DNA from: Candidatus Poribacteria bacterium
GTDB lineage: Bacteria; Poribacteria; WGA-4E; WGA-3G
DNA length: 64,000 nucleotides
NCBI GenBank assembly: GCA_965198235.1
Contig: OZ240248.1
Span: 224,001-288,000, forward strand
Direction of reading: 5' to 3'
Both the position numbers and the translations under genes were made by a program. Position 1 is the first letter of the stretch, and every line of letters begins with the position of its first letter. This document shows positions 1 through 8,830 of the stretch, piece by piece. The notes beneath the pieces were generated by a model. The model did no database searches. It saw only the letters and a program-made list of their open reading frames with translations, and was not told the DNA's origin.

Positions 1-221
1 GTTTCCACATCTTCACCAATCGCTTCAATAATACCGACGTTTTCATGTCCGAGTAACACTTCTTGTTGGAAGCCGTTCTGCCAGTTGTGCAGGTCAGTTC
101 CGCAGATCCCTGCTAACTCCTGACGGAGCAGCACTGTGTTAGGTTCAGGTTCAGGAACCGGGTATTCACGAATTTCAAAATCTTTGCCGCACGCGACCAC
201 GGCTCTCCCTGTCCGACTCAT
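1..221 (-). CDS. Zinc-binding (MDR family) alcohol dehydrogenase, N-terminal part; runs off window edge
   Basis: Manual translation MSRTGRAVVACGKDFEIREYPVPEPEPNTVLLRQELAGICGTDLH...LLGHENVG with GICGTD and GHE Zn motifs; AAGGAG RBS upstream. Confidence 0.85.
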   Translation of the reverse strand, partial: MSRTGRAVVACGKDFEIREYPVPEPEPNTVLLRQELAGICGTDLHNWQNGFQQEVLLGHENVGIIEAIGEDVE

Positions 222-288
222 ATTTAGTTCTCCTTAGGTTCATTTTTTGGATAACGCGCGTTCAAAGCGCGCTACCGTTTGACTCTGT

Positions 289-573
289 TCATATATATCT
301 CCGCTTCTTTCGAGAGATAAGCACAATAACAATAATCGCGACAATCGTAATTGGCAGCCAGAACGCTTCAAAAATTTCCCAGAAAAAGTTAAACCCGATC
401 CAAAGTAGGACTTCAATCCCGACGATAAGGGCTGTTTTGTTCCATGGAAACTCGGCACCGTACTGTTTTTTCAACCGGCTGGCGTATATCCACGAGACCA
501 CCAAAGTGCCAACAATAGCCACGAAAAATAGGAGATTGACAAGCCCTTGGATGCCGTTTAAGATGCTTAACAT
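289..573 (-). CDS. Small membrane protein (about 3 TM segments)
   Basis: Hydrophobic 94-aa ORF with basic C-terminus; AAGGAG RBS upstream. Confidence 0.7.
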   Translation of the reverse strand: MLSILNGIQGLVNLLFFVAIVGTLVVSWIYASRLKKQYGAEFPWNKTALIVGIEVLLWIGFNFFWEIFEAFWLPITIVAIIVIVLISRKKRRYI

Positions 574-690
574 AAGAATTTCGCTCCTTTGTAGGAGGGC
601 TTTGTAAGCCCGAATTCCTTTTATCCCTATAGAAACACGGCATCTGAAAAAGATAGTAAAAGTTGTCCTGTTATCCTTTCCGTTTTCTCG

Positions 691-1527
691 CTATTCACGG
701 TGAATGCGCTCTGGACAACTATAGACTGCCATACTCTGACCCCGCATGAAACCTACTAATGTGAGGTTACCCTCTTTGGCGAGATCTACGGCGAGTGTAG
801 ATGCAGCGGAGACAGCGACGATAATCGGGATACGGGCAAAGAGTGCTTTCTGGACGATTTCAAAACTGGCGCGTCCGCTCACCATCAAGATATGCCGATC
901 CAGCGGCACCAAGTCAGCGAGTAACGCGTGTCCGATGACTTTATCGACAGCGTTGTGTCTGCCTATGTCCTCTCTGATAATCAGAAGTTCACCCTTTTCA
1001 TTGAATAACCCGGCGGCGTGGAGTCCACCTGTTCTTTCAAAAACGGGTTGCGCTTTTCTTAACCGATCGTTGAGCTTATAGAATACCTCTTGATTCACAC
1101 CGAACCCCGAATTCAACGGCAGCACCTGCTGTCTCACAGATTCAATCGTCATTTTGCCACAGAGTCCACAGCTTGCATTCGCGTGAAAATTCCGCTGCCA
1201 ACCTGATTCGGCATCAAGGTCCAGTTCCTCCACAAGACGAACGTTGACGATATTCTGCAACGACGATAAACCGGAAGGCTGCGTTTCAGAGGGCTCTTCA
1301 TCACAGTAGGCAATGATTTCGATGTCATCGCCAGAGGTTATGAGGTTTTCCGTATAAAGAAAACCCGCGGCGAGTTCAAAATCGTGTCCGGGAGTCCGCA
1401 TCACAACGATCAAACTCTGTTGCCCCACCCGAATCTCAAGCGGTTCCTCAACAACCAACTCGTCTTCGACCTGGGTGGGTTCAGTAGCTATCCAGCGTGT
1501 AATAAGTTTTGTGGATGTCGGTTGCAT
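691..1527 (-). CDS. fdhD: Formate dehydrogenase accessory sulfurtransferase FdhD
   Basis: EEPLEI, MRTPG.D.ELAAGFL, SCGLCGK, TGGLHAA, EDIGRHNAVDK, SGRASFE motifs. Confidence 0.95.
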   Translation of the reverse strand: MQPTSTKLITRWIATEPTQVEDELVVEEPLEIRVGQQSLIVVMRTPGHDFELAAGFLYTENLITSGDDIEIIAYCDEEPSETQPSGLSSLQNIVNVRLVEELDLDAESGWQRNFHANASCGLCGKMTIESVRQQVLPLNSGFGVNQEVFYKLNDRLRKAQPVFERTGGLHAAGLFNEKGELLIIREDIGRHNAVDKVIGHALLADLVPLDRHILMVSGRASFEIVQKALFARIPIIVAVSAASTLAVDLAKEGNLTLVGFMRGQSMAVYSCPERIHRE

Positions 1528-1562
1528 AGTTCTTTACGTTCGCGGACGCTCGCGAACAGATT

Positions 1563-3608
1563 TCATTGAGCGTTCATCGTTGCCAAACCGTTAGAAGTCG
1601 CTAACCATACTCTATTGTTTACTACGACGAGAGACTCTACTATTAATTCACCTGTGAGTATTTGAGGTGTCGTTGTGTACTGCCATACATCGGCAGAGCG
1701 TGTGTGATGTGTGTAAAGATCTTGATTCGTCGCTATCCACAAGACTAACGGAATTTGTGGCGTGGGAGGTGGTTCAGTTTCTAACTCTTCAGTTTCCGGC
1801 GAAAATTCGGATATTGTCGGATCCGATATTTCTTCTACCGGTTCTGCCTCAGGTTCTTCTATGACTATAGGTGAGGCATCCAGAGCACCTCTGATGTAAA
1901 TGTTCCTTAAGTCGTTTTCATTTTCTATGCCTGTGTCAAGTGTTGTCGATTTTCCGTTCCCACCGTCCATGTCTGCTCGAAAATAACCGTTGGATTTTTC
2001 ATCGGCATTGAACCACGTAAAGAGCAACTGCTCTTCTGCAATATCAAGTCCCACAATCTTCATGCCTTCTCGTATTGCTGTCGAGTGATAGGAATCCCAC
2101 TCCTCTTTTTCCCTGTCGAACATGACGACGTTTCCTTCTGCCGAGGCACCCCAAACCGTTTGAGGCGTTAGTAACAAGGTCTCGATGTCGTCTGCCGGTA
2201 GTAGACTGTTGTGGGTGTTGTAATGGAGAAAGGGCTCGATACCGCCGCGAATCCGTCGTATGATCCCGGTATCTGTGGCGAACCAAACCTCCGTGTCATC
2301 CATCTTAATGTCCTTAATCCAAGCAGGAAATCCATCAGTTGGGGAATAGTTTTGAATGTTGCCTGTTAGCTGGCTATAGTGAATCGCGCCTTGGGAACGC
2401 GTCCCGACCCACACTTCTTGCGAATTTGCTGCGATGGCTGTAACATCCGGCACACTTTCCAAGGCAGTGTTAATAAGTTGTGCGACGACTTCAAACGAAA
2501 TCCATTTGTCATACGCAGTCTGGAATAGCATTAACCCCTTTGGCGTTCCTATCCATAGCCATGTGCCATCAGTTGTCATGGTTTGGATCTGGTTGTCGGG
2601 GAGCCCGTCTGCCTCGGTGTAAACTGTCCATTTCGTTTGATCCAGAATCTCTTTTGCCTCTTCCTTTATCGCCTCATCATTGGTGATTTCTTCGACGAGA
2701 ATTGCTTCACTTGCGGCTTCTTCCAGTCTACCGAGTTTCAAGTTGGTAGCTGCACCAATGAGGTGTGCCTTATAGATCCACTCACTTTCCGGGTAACGCG
2801 TAACAAACCTGTCTAAGGTGTGAAGCGCATTTTCCAACTGGTCCATCTCTGATTGTAGTTTTCCAATCAGGAAAAGTGCTTTTTCGTGGGATGCCATGTC
2901 CGGATAATCTTTGATTGCAGATACGAGAAGAGATAATCCGGCACTGTGGCTCTCCAATTGTTCGATGAGTAGGAAGCCAGTAAGATATTTCAACACTGAT
3001 ACGTCGGGGTGATCTGGGTAATAGGTGAGAATTAGTTGGTAGTTATCCACTGCTACATCGTAAACTTCGTTCGCGAGGGCGATGTCCCCGAGTTCATGAA
3101 AGAGTGGCACAAGGTCGAAACTCGGGGCATCAAGAATGGCTACAAAACGAAATCGTTCCAACGCGTTCACATTGTCACCATTTGCTTTGTAAAGCAATCC
3201 GAGTTGGTAGTGTGCATCTGGGTATTTCGGGAATTCTTCAATAGCGGCTTCAAACCGCTGTCGTGCTTTTTCAGGGAGCCCTAACTCCAGCAATGTAAGC
3301 CCATTGTGAAAATACTTTGCAGCGGTTCGATCTGGAACATATGCCAAATCTGATGTAAAATTGAGAGTGTGTCCTGCCAAGGGGAGTCGTAAAATCTGCC
3401 CATTATATTCCATTTCAAAGTGAGTATCGGTGGCACTGCGCCAACTGCCGGTGAGTCTATCACCGTTTTCACTGTCCACAATGACGTATTGCTCACTATA
3501 GGCAAGGTGTTGATAGACAAGCAGGACGACTAACGCTATCAGTACAAATAGACGGTAAACTTTTTGTTTTTTTAACTGTGTCTCTTTTACGGGTTTCTGA
3601 TGCAACAT
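1563..3608 (-). CDS. Exported/membrane-anchored TPR protein with C-terminal beta-propeller repeats
   Basis: N-terminal hydrophobic segment, several TPR-like repeats, then ADGLPDNQI and LWIGT..GL propeller repeats. Confidence 0.75.
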   Translation of the reverse strand: MLHQKPVKETQLKKQKVYRLFVLIALVVLLVYQHLAYSEQYVIVDSENGDRLTGSWRSATDTHFEMEYNGQILRLPLAGHTLNFTSDLAYVPDRTAAKYFHNGLTLLELGLPEKARQRFEAAIEEFPKYPDAHYQLGLLYKANGDNVNALERFRFVAILDAPSFDLVPLFHELGDIALANEVYDVAVDNYQLILTYYPDHPDVSVLKYLTGFLLIEQLESHSAGLSLLVSAIKDYPDMASHEKALFLIGKLQSEMDQLENALHTLDRFVTRYPESEWIYKAHLIGAATNLKLGRLEEAASEAILVEEITNDEAIKEEAKEILDQTKWTVYTEADGLPDNQIQTMTTDGTWLWIGTPKGLMLFQTAYDKWISFEVVAQLINTALESVPDVTAIAANSQEVWVGTRSQGAIHYSQLTGNIQNYSPTDGFPAWIKDIKMDDTEVWFATDTGIIRRIRGGIEPFLHYNTHNSLLPADDIETLLLTPQTVWGASAEGNVVMFDREKEEWDSYHSTAIREGMKIVGLDIAEEQLLFTWFNADEKSNGYFRADMDGGNGKSTTLDTGIENENDLRNIYIRGALDASPIVIEEPEAEPVEEISDPTISEFSPETEELETEPPPTPQIPLVLWIATNQDLYTHHTRSADVWQYTTTPQILTGELIVESLVVVNNRVWLATSNGLATMNAQ

Positions 3609-3716
3609 AATTTATTTACCTTCAAAATGTCTGTTGATTGATATAGAGTTATAATATCAGAAAGACCCAGAAAAGTCAAGGACGTTTGAGGCGCGCTCAG
3701 CCCCTTCAGTTCTTCT

Positions 3717-3741
3717 GTAGGAGGGATCTCCGAATCCCGAC
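3717..3741 (+). repeat. GTAG-family REP (identical copy at 15549-15573)
   Basis: GTAGGAGGGATCTCCGAATCCCGAC. Confidence 0.8.
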
Positions 3742-3841
3742 GCTTTCTGACGGCTGACCGCCTTTGTAAGAGAGGTCTCCGAACCCGACACCTTGCTTCT
3801 ACAGAAGAGTTGGCCGATGATATAGGACGTAAATACCGTAC

Positions 3842-3870
3842 TTGATACCGAATCGGCTATCCGCTATAAT
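3842..3870 (+). promoter_or_regulatory. Sigma70-like promoter, probably leaderless hrpB transcript
   Basis: TTGATA-17-TATAAT, 7 nt before ATG, no SD. Confidence 0.55.
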
Positions 3871-3877
3871 ACTTATC

Positions 3878-6268
3878 ATGGACGAAATCGCACTTCCAAT
3901 TACAGAATTAAAGGAGATGTTTCAGGAGGCAATCGCAGCAGGTCCTGTGGTGATTGTAGCACCGACCGGTAGTGGAAAATCGACACAAATTCCGCCGTGG
4001 TGTGCTGCGCTATCGGATGATCCAGTACTTGTTGTCGAACCGAGACGTGTCGCATGCCGTTCACTCGCACGGTGGGTAGCAAAACAGCACGGCGAACCCT
4101 TAGGGCATTCTGTCGGTTATACTGTCCGCTTTGAAGATGTTGGTTCCAATGCTTTAACCCGCATCCGTTTTGTCACACCCGGTGTCGCTTTGCAGTATGC
4201 CGCGGGGTCAGAATTGGATCAATACGGGACCATCATCTTGGACGAATTCCACGAACGCGGTGTCGAGGCAGACCTCTTTCTCGCTATATGCCGAAAAAAA
4301 CGACGCGATGCGAGACTCGTTATCATGTCTGCCACGATAGCCGCGCAGCACCTCGCACAGTTTATAGGTGGACGGGTGCTACGGGCGGAGGGACGCGTCT
4401 ATCCTGTTACAGTGCAGTATCTTGGTGGGACAGTTGTCCCGACATCCCGTGATTTAGTGGAACGCGCTGAAAAAGGTGTTAATCATGCCCTCAAAGAGAC
4501 TGCCGGAAATGTCTTGGTTTTCCTACCGGGCAAGGGTGAGATTAATGAATGCCACGAGACACTTCGCAAGATGCGGCATATCGAACTCGTTCCACTACAC
4601 GGAGATCTGTCATCCGATGCACAGGATATAGCATTCGAGACACATTCCCAACGCCGCCGTGTTATTCTCGCAACCAACGTCGCTGAAACGTCAATTACAC
4701 TTCCCGGTATCACTGCCGTTGTAGATACAGGTTTAGTACGCCAGCGTATCCATCAAAACCGACGTATCGTTTTAGCGTTGCGTCCAATCTCCCAAGCTTC
4801 CGCTGAGCAACGTCGCGGACGAGCAGGTCGCCTCGGACCGGGAATTTGTTACAGACTTTGGGAGGAACACGGGCAACTTGAACAGGAAACACTTCCAGAG
4901 GTGCGGCGAGAGGATTTGACGCAATTCGTGCTGACGGTCGCTTCAACCGGCTTTCGTCCGCAGGATTTGACGTTTCTCGATGCTCCCCCTGACTTCGCAG
5001 TGGAACGTGCGCAAACTGCTTTGCAGAGTTGGGGAGTCCTCTCTGACGATGGCATGCTTACAGCGGAAGGGGCGAAGATCTGTGGGCTACCTGTCAATCC
5101 AGTGCATGCTCGATTGTTAGTGAAAGTTCCATCGCCTCTCCGACGCGATCTAATTGATTTGATTGCCACTTTGGAACGTCCTGCCCCCTTATGGCAGCGC
5201 ATGGTCCGTATGCCGATTGCGCAACAGGATGCTGTTCGGAAGGCTCGCCAGAAAGACCTATTTCGCGATGGATGTGATGCAACGACGGCGATCCGAACCT
5301 TACGCTCCGGCGATGAGAAGCACCATCACCTCCATAAGACTGCCCTCGCCGAGTGTCGCAGAATCGCGACGCAGCTCAGGACTTTCTTTCACTTGCCACC
5401 TGTGATGCAAGAAAACGCATCACCGCAACCTGACCGAGCCGCGCTTATTGCCTATCTTTTACATGAATGGGACGCTTGTGCTTACGTACGCAGACGAAAG
5501 GGGAAGGCATGGGGGAACGGGCAGGCGGAGGTTTTGCTTGATTCTGATTCGCTCCTTCCGGAAGGACAGAACGCCGCTTTGATCTTGGAAACCGTTGGTG
5601 TTGGTAAAGGCACACGCGTTCAATTGCTCGGACGCACCGCCATGCCTTGTGCTTTTGCCGACCTCGTCGATGCTGGGATTGGTACTTCACAACTTGCCGC
5701 CCCCAGATTGGACGGCGAGGACATTGTTGCAGAAGTGGTAACCGAATACGCGGGAAGGGAGATCGGACGCGAACGTCGCCCACTCCACGGGGCATTGCTA
5801 AGAGATGCCTTGGCATCTCTCATTCTCTCTGGATCTCTGTTCCGTGGAGTTGGGGAACAACTCACACAAGCGATCGATGCTTGGCAGTTGCATTGTGCCC
5901 TCAACCCCGATATGCCTGCCTCGGAAACCGTCGAAGTGACACCACACACATGGTTGGTCTCGCGACTCGCTCTGTTAGGTGTGGAAATTGCTGAGGAATA
6001 CCAACTCCTCTCCATAGACGATCTGATATTTACTGAGATAGACACGGACACCATCGCTGAAATTGAGGCGCAGTATCCGAGAGAATTTTCTGTCAACGGT
6101 GCTAAGTTCAGTGTGGAATATTCCCCAAACCAAAAGTTAGTCACGTTGCGATGGGAGCGCGGCATCCGTCAGCCAACGTTGAGTGCAGTACTGCTACCGC
6201 GCTGGAACAATTGGAAAGTCCAAGTTGACATCCGGGGGCAGCTGCGGACGGTGCGTCCCGCTTCCTAA
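3878..6268 (+). CDS. hrpB: HrpB-like DEAH-box RNA helicase
   Basis: APTGSGKS, DEFHER, MSAT, TNVAETSITL, QRRGRAGR motifs; start placed at ATG 3878. Confidence 0.85.
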   Translation: MDEIALPITELKEMFQEAIAAGPVVIVAPTGSGKSTQIPPWCAALSDDPVLVVEPRRVACRSLARWVAKQHGEPLGHSVGYTVRFEDVGSNALTRIRFVTPGVALQYAAGSELDQYGTIILDEFHERGVEADLFLAICRKKRRDARLVIMSATIAAQHLAQFIGGRVLRAEGRVYPVTVQYLGGTVVPTSRDLVERAEKGVNHALKETAGNVLVFLPGKGEINECHETLRKMRHIELVPLHGDLSSDAQDIAFETHSQRRRVILATNVAETSITLPGITAVVDTGLVRQRIHQNRRIVLALRPISQASAEQRRGRAGRLGPGICYRLWEEHGQLEQETLPEVRREDLTQFVLTVASTGFRPQDLTFLDAPPDFAVERAQTALQSWGVLSDDGMLTAEGAKICGLPVNPVHARLLVKVPSPLRRDLIDLIATLERPAPLWQRMVRMPIAQQDAVRKARQKDLFRDGCDATTAIRTLRSGDEKHHHLHKTALAECRRIATQLRTFFHLPPVMQENASPQPDRAALIAYLLHEWDACAYVRRRKGKAWGNGQAEVLLDSDSLLPEGQNAALILETVGVGKGTRVQLLGRTAMPCAFADLVDAGIGTSQLAAPRLDGEDIVAEVVTEYAGREIGRERRPLHGALLRDALASLILSGSLFRGVGEQLTQAIDAWQLHCALNPDMPASETVEVTPHTWLVSRLALLGVEIAEEYQLLSIDDLIFTEIDTDTIAEIEAQYPREFSVNGAKFSVEYSPNQKLVTLRWERGIRQPTLSAVLLPRWNNWKVQVDIRGQLRTVRPAS

Positions 6269-6855
6269 TTTGCTTTGATTTTTCCCCACACTGTGGTGAT
6301 CAACTGCGGTTGCGGCATAACAGACAACGTCGTAAATGCTGGATTGAACCAAGACGGTGTAACGCTTAAACCACGACGTGTCAGTTGTTTTTTCCGTCGA
6401 GTCTGCAAATCAATTGTGACAATTTGACGATCCCTTTCTACGGCTTCCTCCACATACACCAGCTTTTCACCATCCGGGGACCACGCCGGATGAAAGATAC
6501 CCAGCACAGGTTTACCAATTTGTTTCAATCCGCTGCCATCGCGATTTGCGACATAAATTGCGTCCCTATCTCCCAGACCCCATTTTAACCAAGAAAATGC
6601 AAGTTTTGTACCATCCGGGGACCACGCCGGACCATACATCCACGGCTGCTGATTCGGCAGAAACGCCCGTTCTCTCCGAGAACGGAGCTCCACAATGTAT
6701 ATACGACGACTTCCCTCGCCAGCAACGAAAGCGATCTCTTCTCCGTTGGGGGACCACGATGGATTACCACCCTGCACCTCCGCCAAAGCTACCTGAACGC
6801 CACCGATACCCTGTATCGTCCCGGTCTGGATGCTCCATTGCGGCATTTCTGCATG
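6265..6855 (-). pseudogene. 3' half of a TolB-like (PD40 repeat) protein, cut at the IS right end
   Basis: WSPNG/WSPDG repeats; frame open up to IS boundary 6856; ends PQPQLITTVWGKIKAN. Confidence 0.8.
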
Positions 6856-7015
6856 GTGATAGACCCAAGCCTAAAGACTTGGGCTTCTGCAATCATTAAG
6901 CAGAAGCATTTGTGGAATTCAGAATCGGATGGTTCGATTCAACGGAGGTGCCTACGATTTTGTTAAACAAAACAATAGGTCTTACAACTCCTAACCCAAA
7001 GGAAGCTACCCCTTC
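6856..7015 (-). ncRNA. Putative omegaRNA (reRNA) scaffold overlapping tnpB 3' end; guide would be flanking CAUGCAGAAAUGCCGCAAUG
   Basis: Conserved between both copies with compensatory stems; position matches known TnpB biology; 5' limit approximate. Confidence 0.7.
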
Positions 7016-8107
7016 CTTAAGAATGTTCATAGCAGCGTTCTCGTCGCGGTCGAGGTGTGTCTCACACTTTGGACACGTCCAGTCTCTATCTGATAGCGTG
7101 AGGTTTTGATTTTTATGTCCACAAACAGAACAGCACTTTGTGGTCGGCGACCACCGATTGATTTTCAGCACAGAGCGGATACGCTTTTTGCTCTGGTGTT
7201 TCAGCTTCTGCAGAAACTCACCGAAGGCGAGGTCAGATACCTGTTGACCCCAAAGTTTTTTCATACCGCGAAGGTTGAGGTCTTCAAAGAACAGGATATC
7301 AAACTGCCGACACAACTTTATAGCAAGTTTATAGTGGTGGTCTGTCCTTTGATTCGCCGTTTTCTTATGGATACGGGCAACGTTCTTACGTTCTCGTTCG
7401 AGATTCTGAGAACCTTTGACTTTATGGGAATATACCTTTTGTGCTTCCGCCAACTTTTCAGCGTTGAGTTTGTAGAACATTGGAGACGTATATCTATGAC
7501 CATCACTGCCAGTCAGGAAGTCTTTGATACCAAAATCAAACCCTTCAGCTTGACCCGTCTTGGGTTCAATTTTAATTTCGGTATAGTCTTCTGTCAGCGT
7601 AATATACATATCTCCGAGTGCGTCCCTCTTAACATGAAACTGTTTGATAGCACCTTGTATTTCACGGTGCAACGCGAAACGATACCAACGTCCATTCAGT
7701 CTTATCTTATAGGTCGGGTGGTTTCTTTCGTTCTTCTGCGCGTCAAGCACTTTCTCCAACGCAACTTGTTCACCAGAGAACGTCATCCCTTTGTGTTTCT
7801 TGCACTTCTTGAACTTCGGGTGACCTCTGCCAAGTGTTTTCATTTCTTTGAAACTCTGTGCCAAGCGTTTGAGCATATTCTGAAGACTCCACGCGTAAGG
7901 GATATTCCAATGTTGGTATTTCTCAAGCTTTTTCAGCCGCGTCAAATGTTTCGACATCTTGGAATACGACAAGTCCTTACCATACCGACGGTAATATCGC
8001 CGAGACAACGCATTGAAATGATTCCGAACAACGCCACAGATATTCAGGTCATCCTGGAGATGCTTCAAAGAGGTATCACGAAAAAGTTTATGTGTGGTGT
8101 TTCGCAT
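6896..8107 (-). CDS. tnpB: RNA-guided endonuclease TnpB
   Basis: RuvC D/E/D intact (GFDFG, FEDL, DRDENAA); Zn finger CSVC...CPKC. Confidence 0.95.
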   Translation of the reverse strand: MRNTTHKLFRDTSLKHLQDDLNICGVVRNHFNALSRRYYRRYGKDLSYSKMSKHLTRLKKLEKYQHWNIPYAWSLQNMLKRLAQSFKEMKTLGRGHPKFKKCKKHKGMTFSGEQVALEKVLDAQKNERNHPTYKIRLNGRWYRFALHREIQGAIKQFHVKRDALGDMYITLTEDYTEIKIEPKTGQAEGFDFGIKDFLTGSDGHRYTSPMFYKLNAEKLAEAQKVYSHKVKGSQNLERERKNVARIHKKTANQRTDHHYKLAIKLCRQFDILFFEDLNLRGMKKLWGQQVSDLAFGEFLQKLKHQSKKRIRSVLKINRWSPTTKCCSVCGHKNQNLTLSDRDWTCPKCETHLDRDENAAMNILKEGVASFGLGVVRPIVLFNKIVGTSVESNHPILNSTNASA

Positions 8108-8200
8108 GGTATCTCAAGTCTCAAGTTCTTAACCCCTGAACAGTGGGTAGGCAGACACGTAACCTTGCGATTACGCTGTTCATGTCTGCCAGCTTGATAC
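8108..8200 (-). ncRNA. Structured pseudoknotted tnpB leader RNA, copy 1
   Basis: GGCAGACA/UGUCUGCC, CGUAAUC-GCAA-GGUUACG and UGAACAG/CUGUUCA pairings; covaries with copy 2. Confidence 0.7.
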
Positions 8201-8204
8201 TCTA

Positions 8205-8233
8205 ATTATACCACATTTTTCACCGAAAGTCAA
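8205..8233 (-). promoter_or_regulatory. Sigma70 promoter of tnpB copy 1
   Basis: TTGACT-17-TATAAT with TG extension. Confidence 0.8.
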
Positions 8234-8321
8234 GTCTTTTTTTAACAGAGACCCTCTGGTCTAATTCACAACGGCGAGACTGTATCCCAAACCTAAAGGA
8301 TTGGGTTTTAGTCTCGGAAGG

Positions 8322-8720
8322 TTAGATAAAAGGGAAGGGTTCGTCGCCGTACCGAACAGTGATGACGGTAAATTGACCCAACACATCCGTGTCACCGTTT
8401 TTGCCACGGTAGTTGTACATACCTTTTTCCTCGAAGAATTCAAGCGTGAGATTCTTCAGGTCAAGGGCATAAAGTGCAGCTTTGGTTTCCGCAATTTCTT
8501 CGCTGACATTACTTTCCTCAATCTCAAGGTTCAGGAACTTCCACTTCCCGAGGAGTGTATCGGTTATATTGGTTTTGAGTTTGAGTTCATTATGTTCCTC
8601 GCGGAGGTCCTCGTAATTCTTGAGCAGCTGATCTCGTTCTGCTTGCATCTTTTGATACTCGGTACTTGTACAGCCAGCGAACATCAGAACGCAGATACCA
8701 AAAATAATCCAAGTTTTCAT
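8322..8720 (-). pseudogene. Lipoprotein probably truncated at 3' end by the IS left end
   Basis: Lipobox FAGC; AAGGAG RBS; stop codon lies inside the IS left end. Confidence 0.65.
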
Positions 8721-8830
8721 CGATGTTTCTCCTTGTTACAGGCATGGGCATGCTACAGCAGCATTATACCAGAGCAACCTGTAAACGGCAAATCCCAGAT
8801 CCAAATTGTGCATCGCTTCACCCCTTGCTG

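Larger units (their letters stand above)
6856..8325 (-). mobile_element. IS200/IS605 family tnpB-only (IS1341-like) element, copy 1
   Basis: Left-end hairpin CCCAATCC-TTTA-GGTTTGGG after target TTAT; right-end hairpin CCCAAGTC-TTTA-GGCTTGGG ending TCAC; no TSD; no tnpA. Confidence 0.9.

Noticed and set aside
7106-8197. 363-aa plus-strand ORF (and 16002-16724) opposite tnpB
   Set aside because: Antisense shadows of tnpB; lengths not conserved between copies; no motifs
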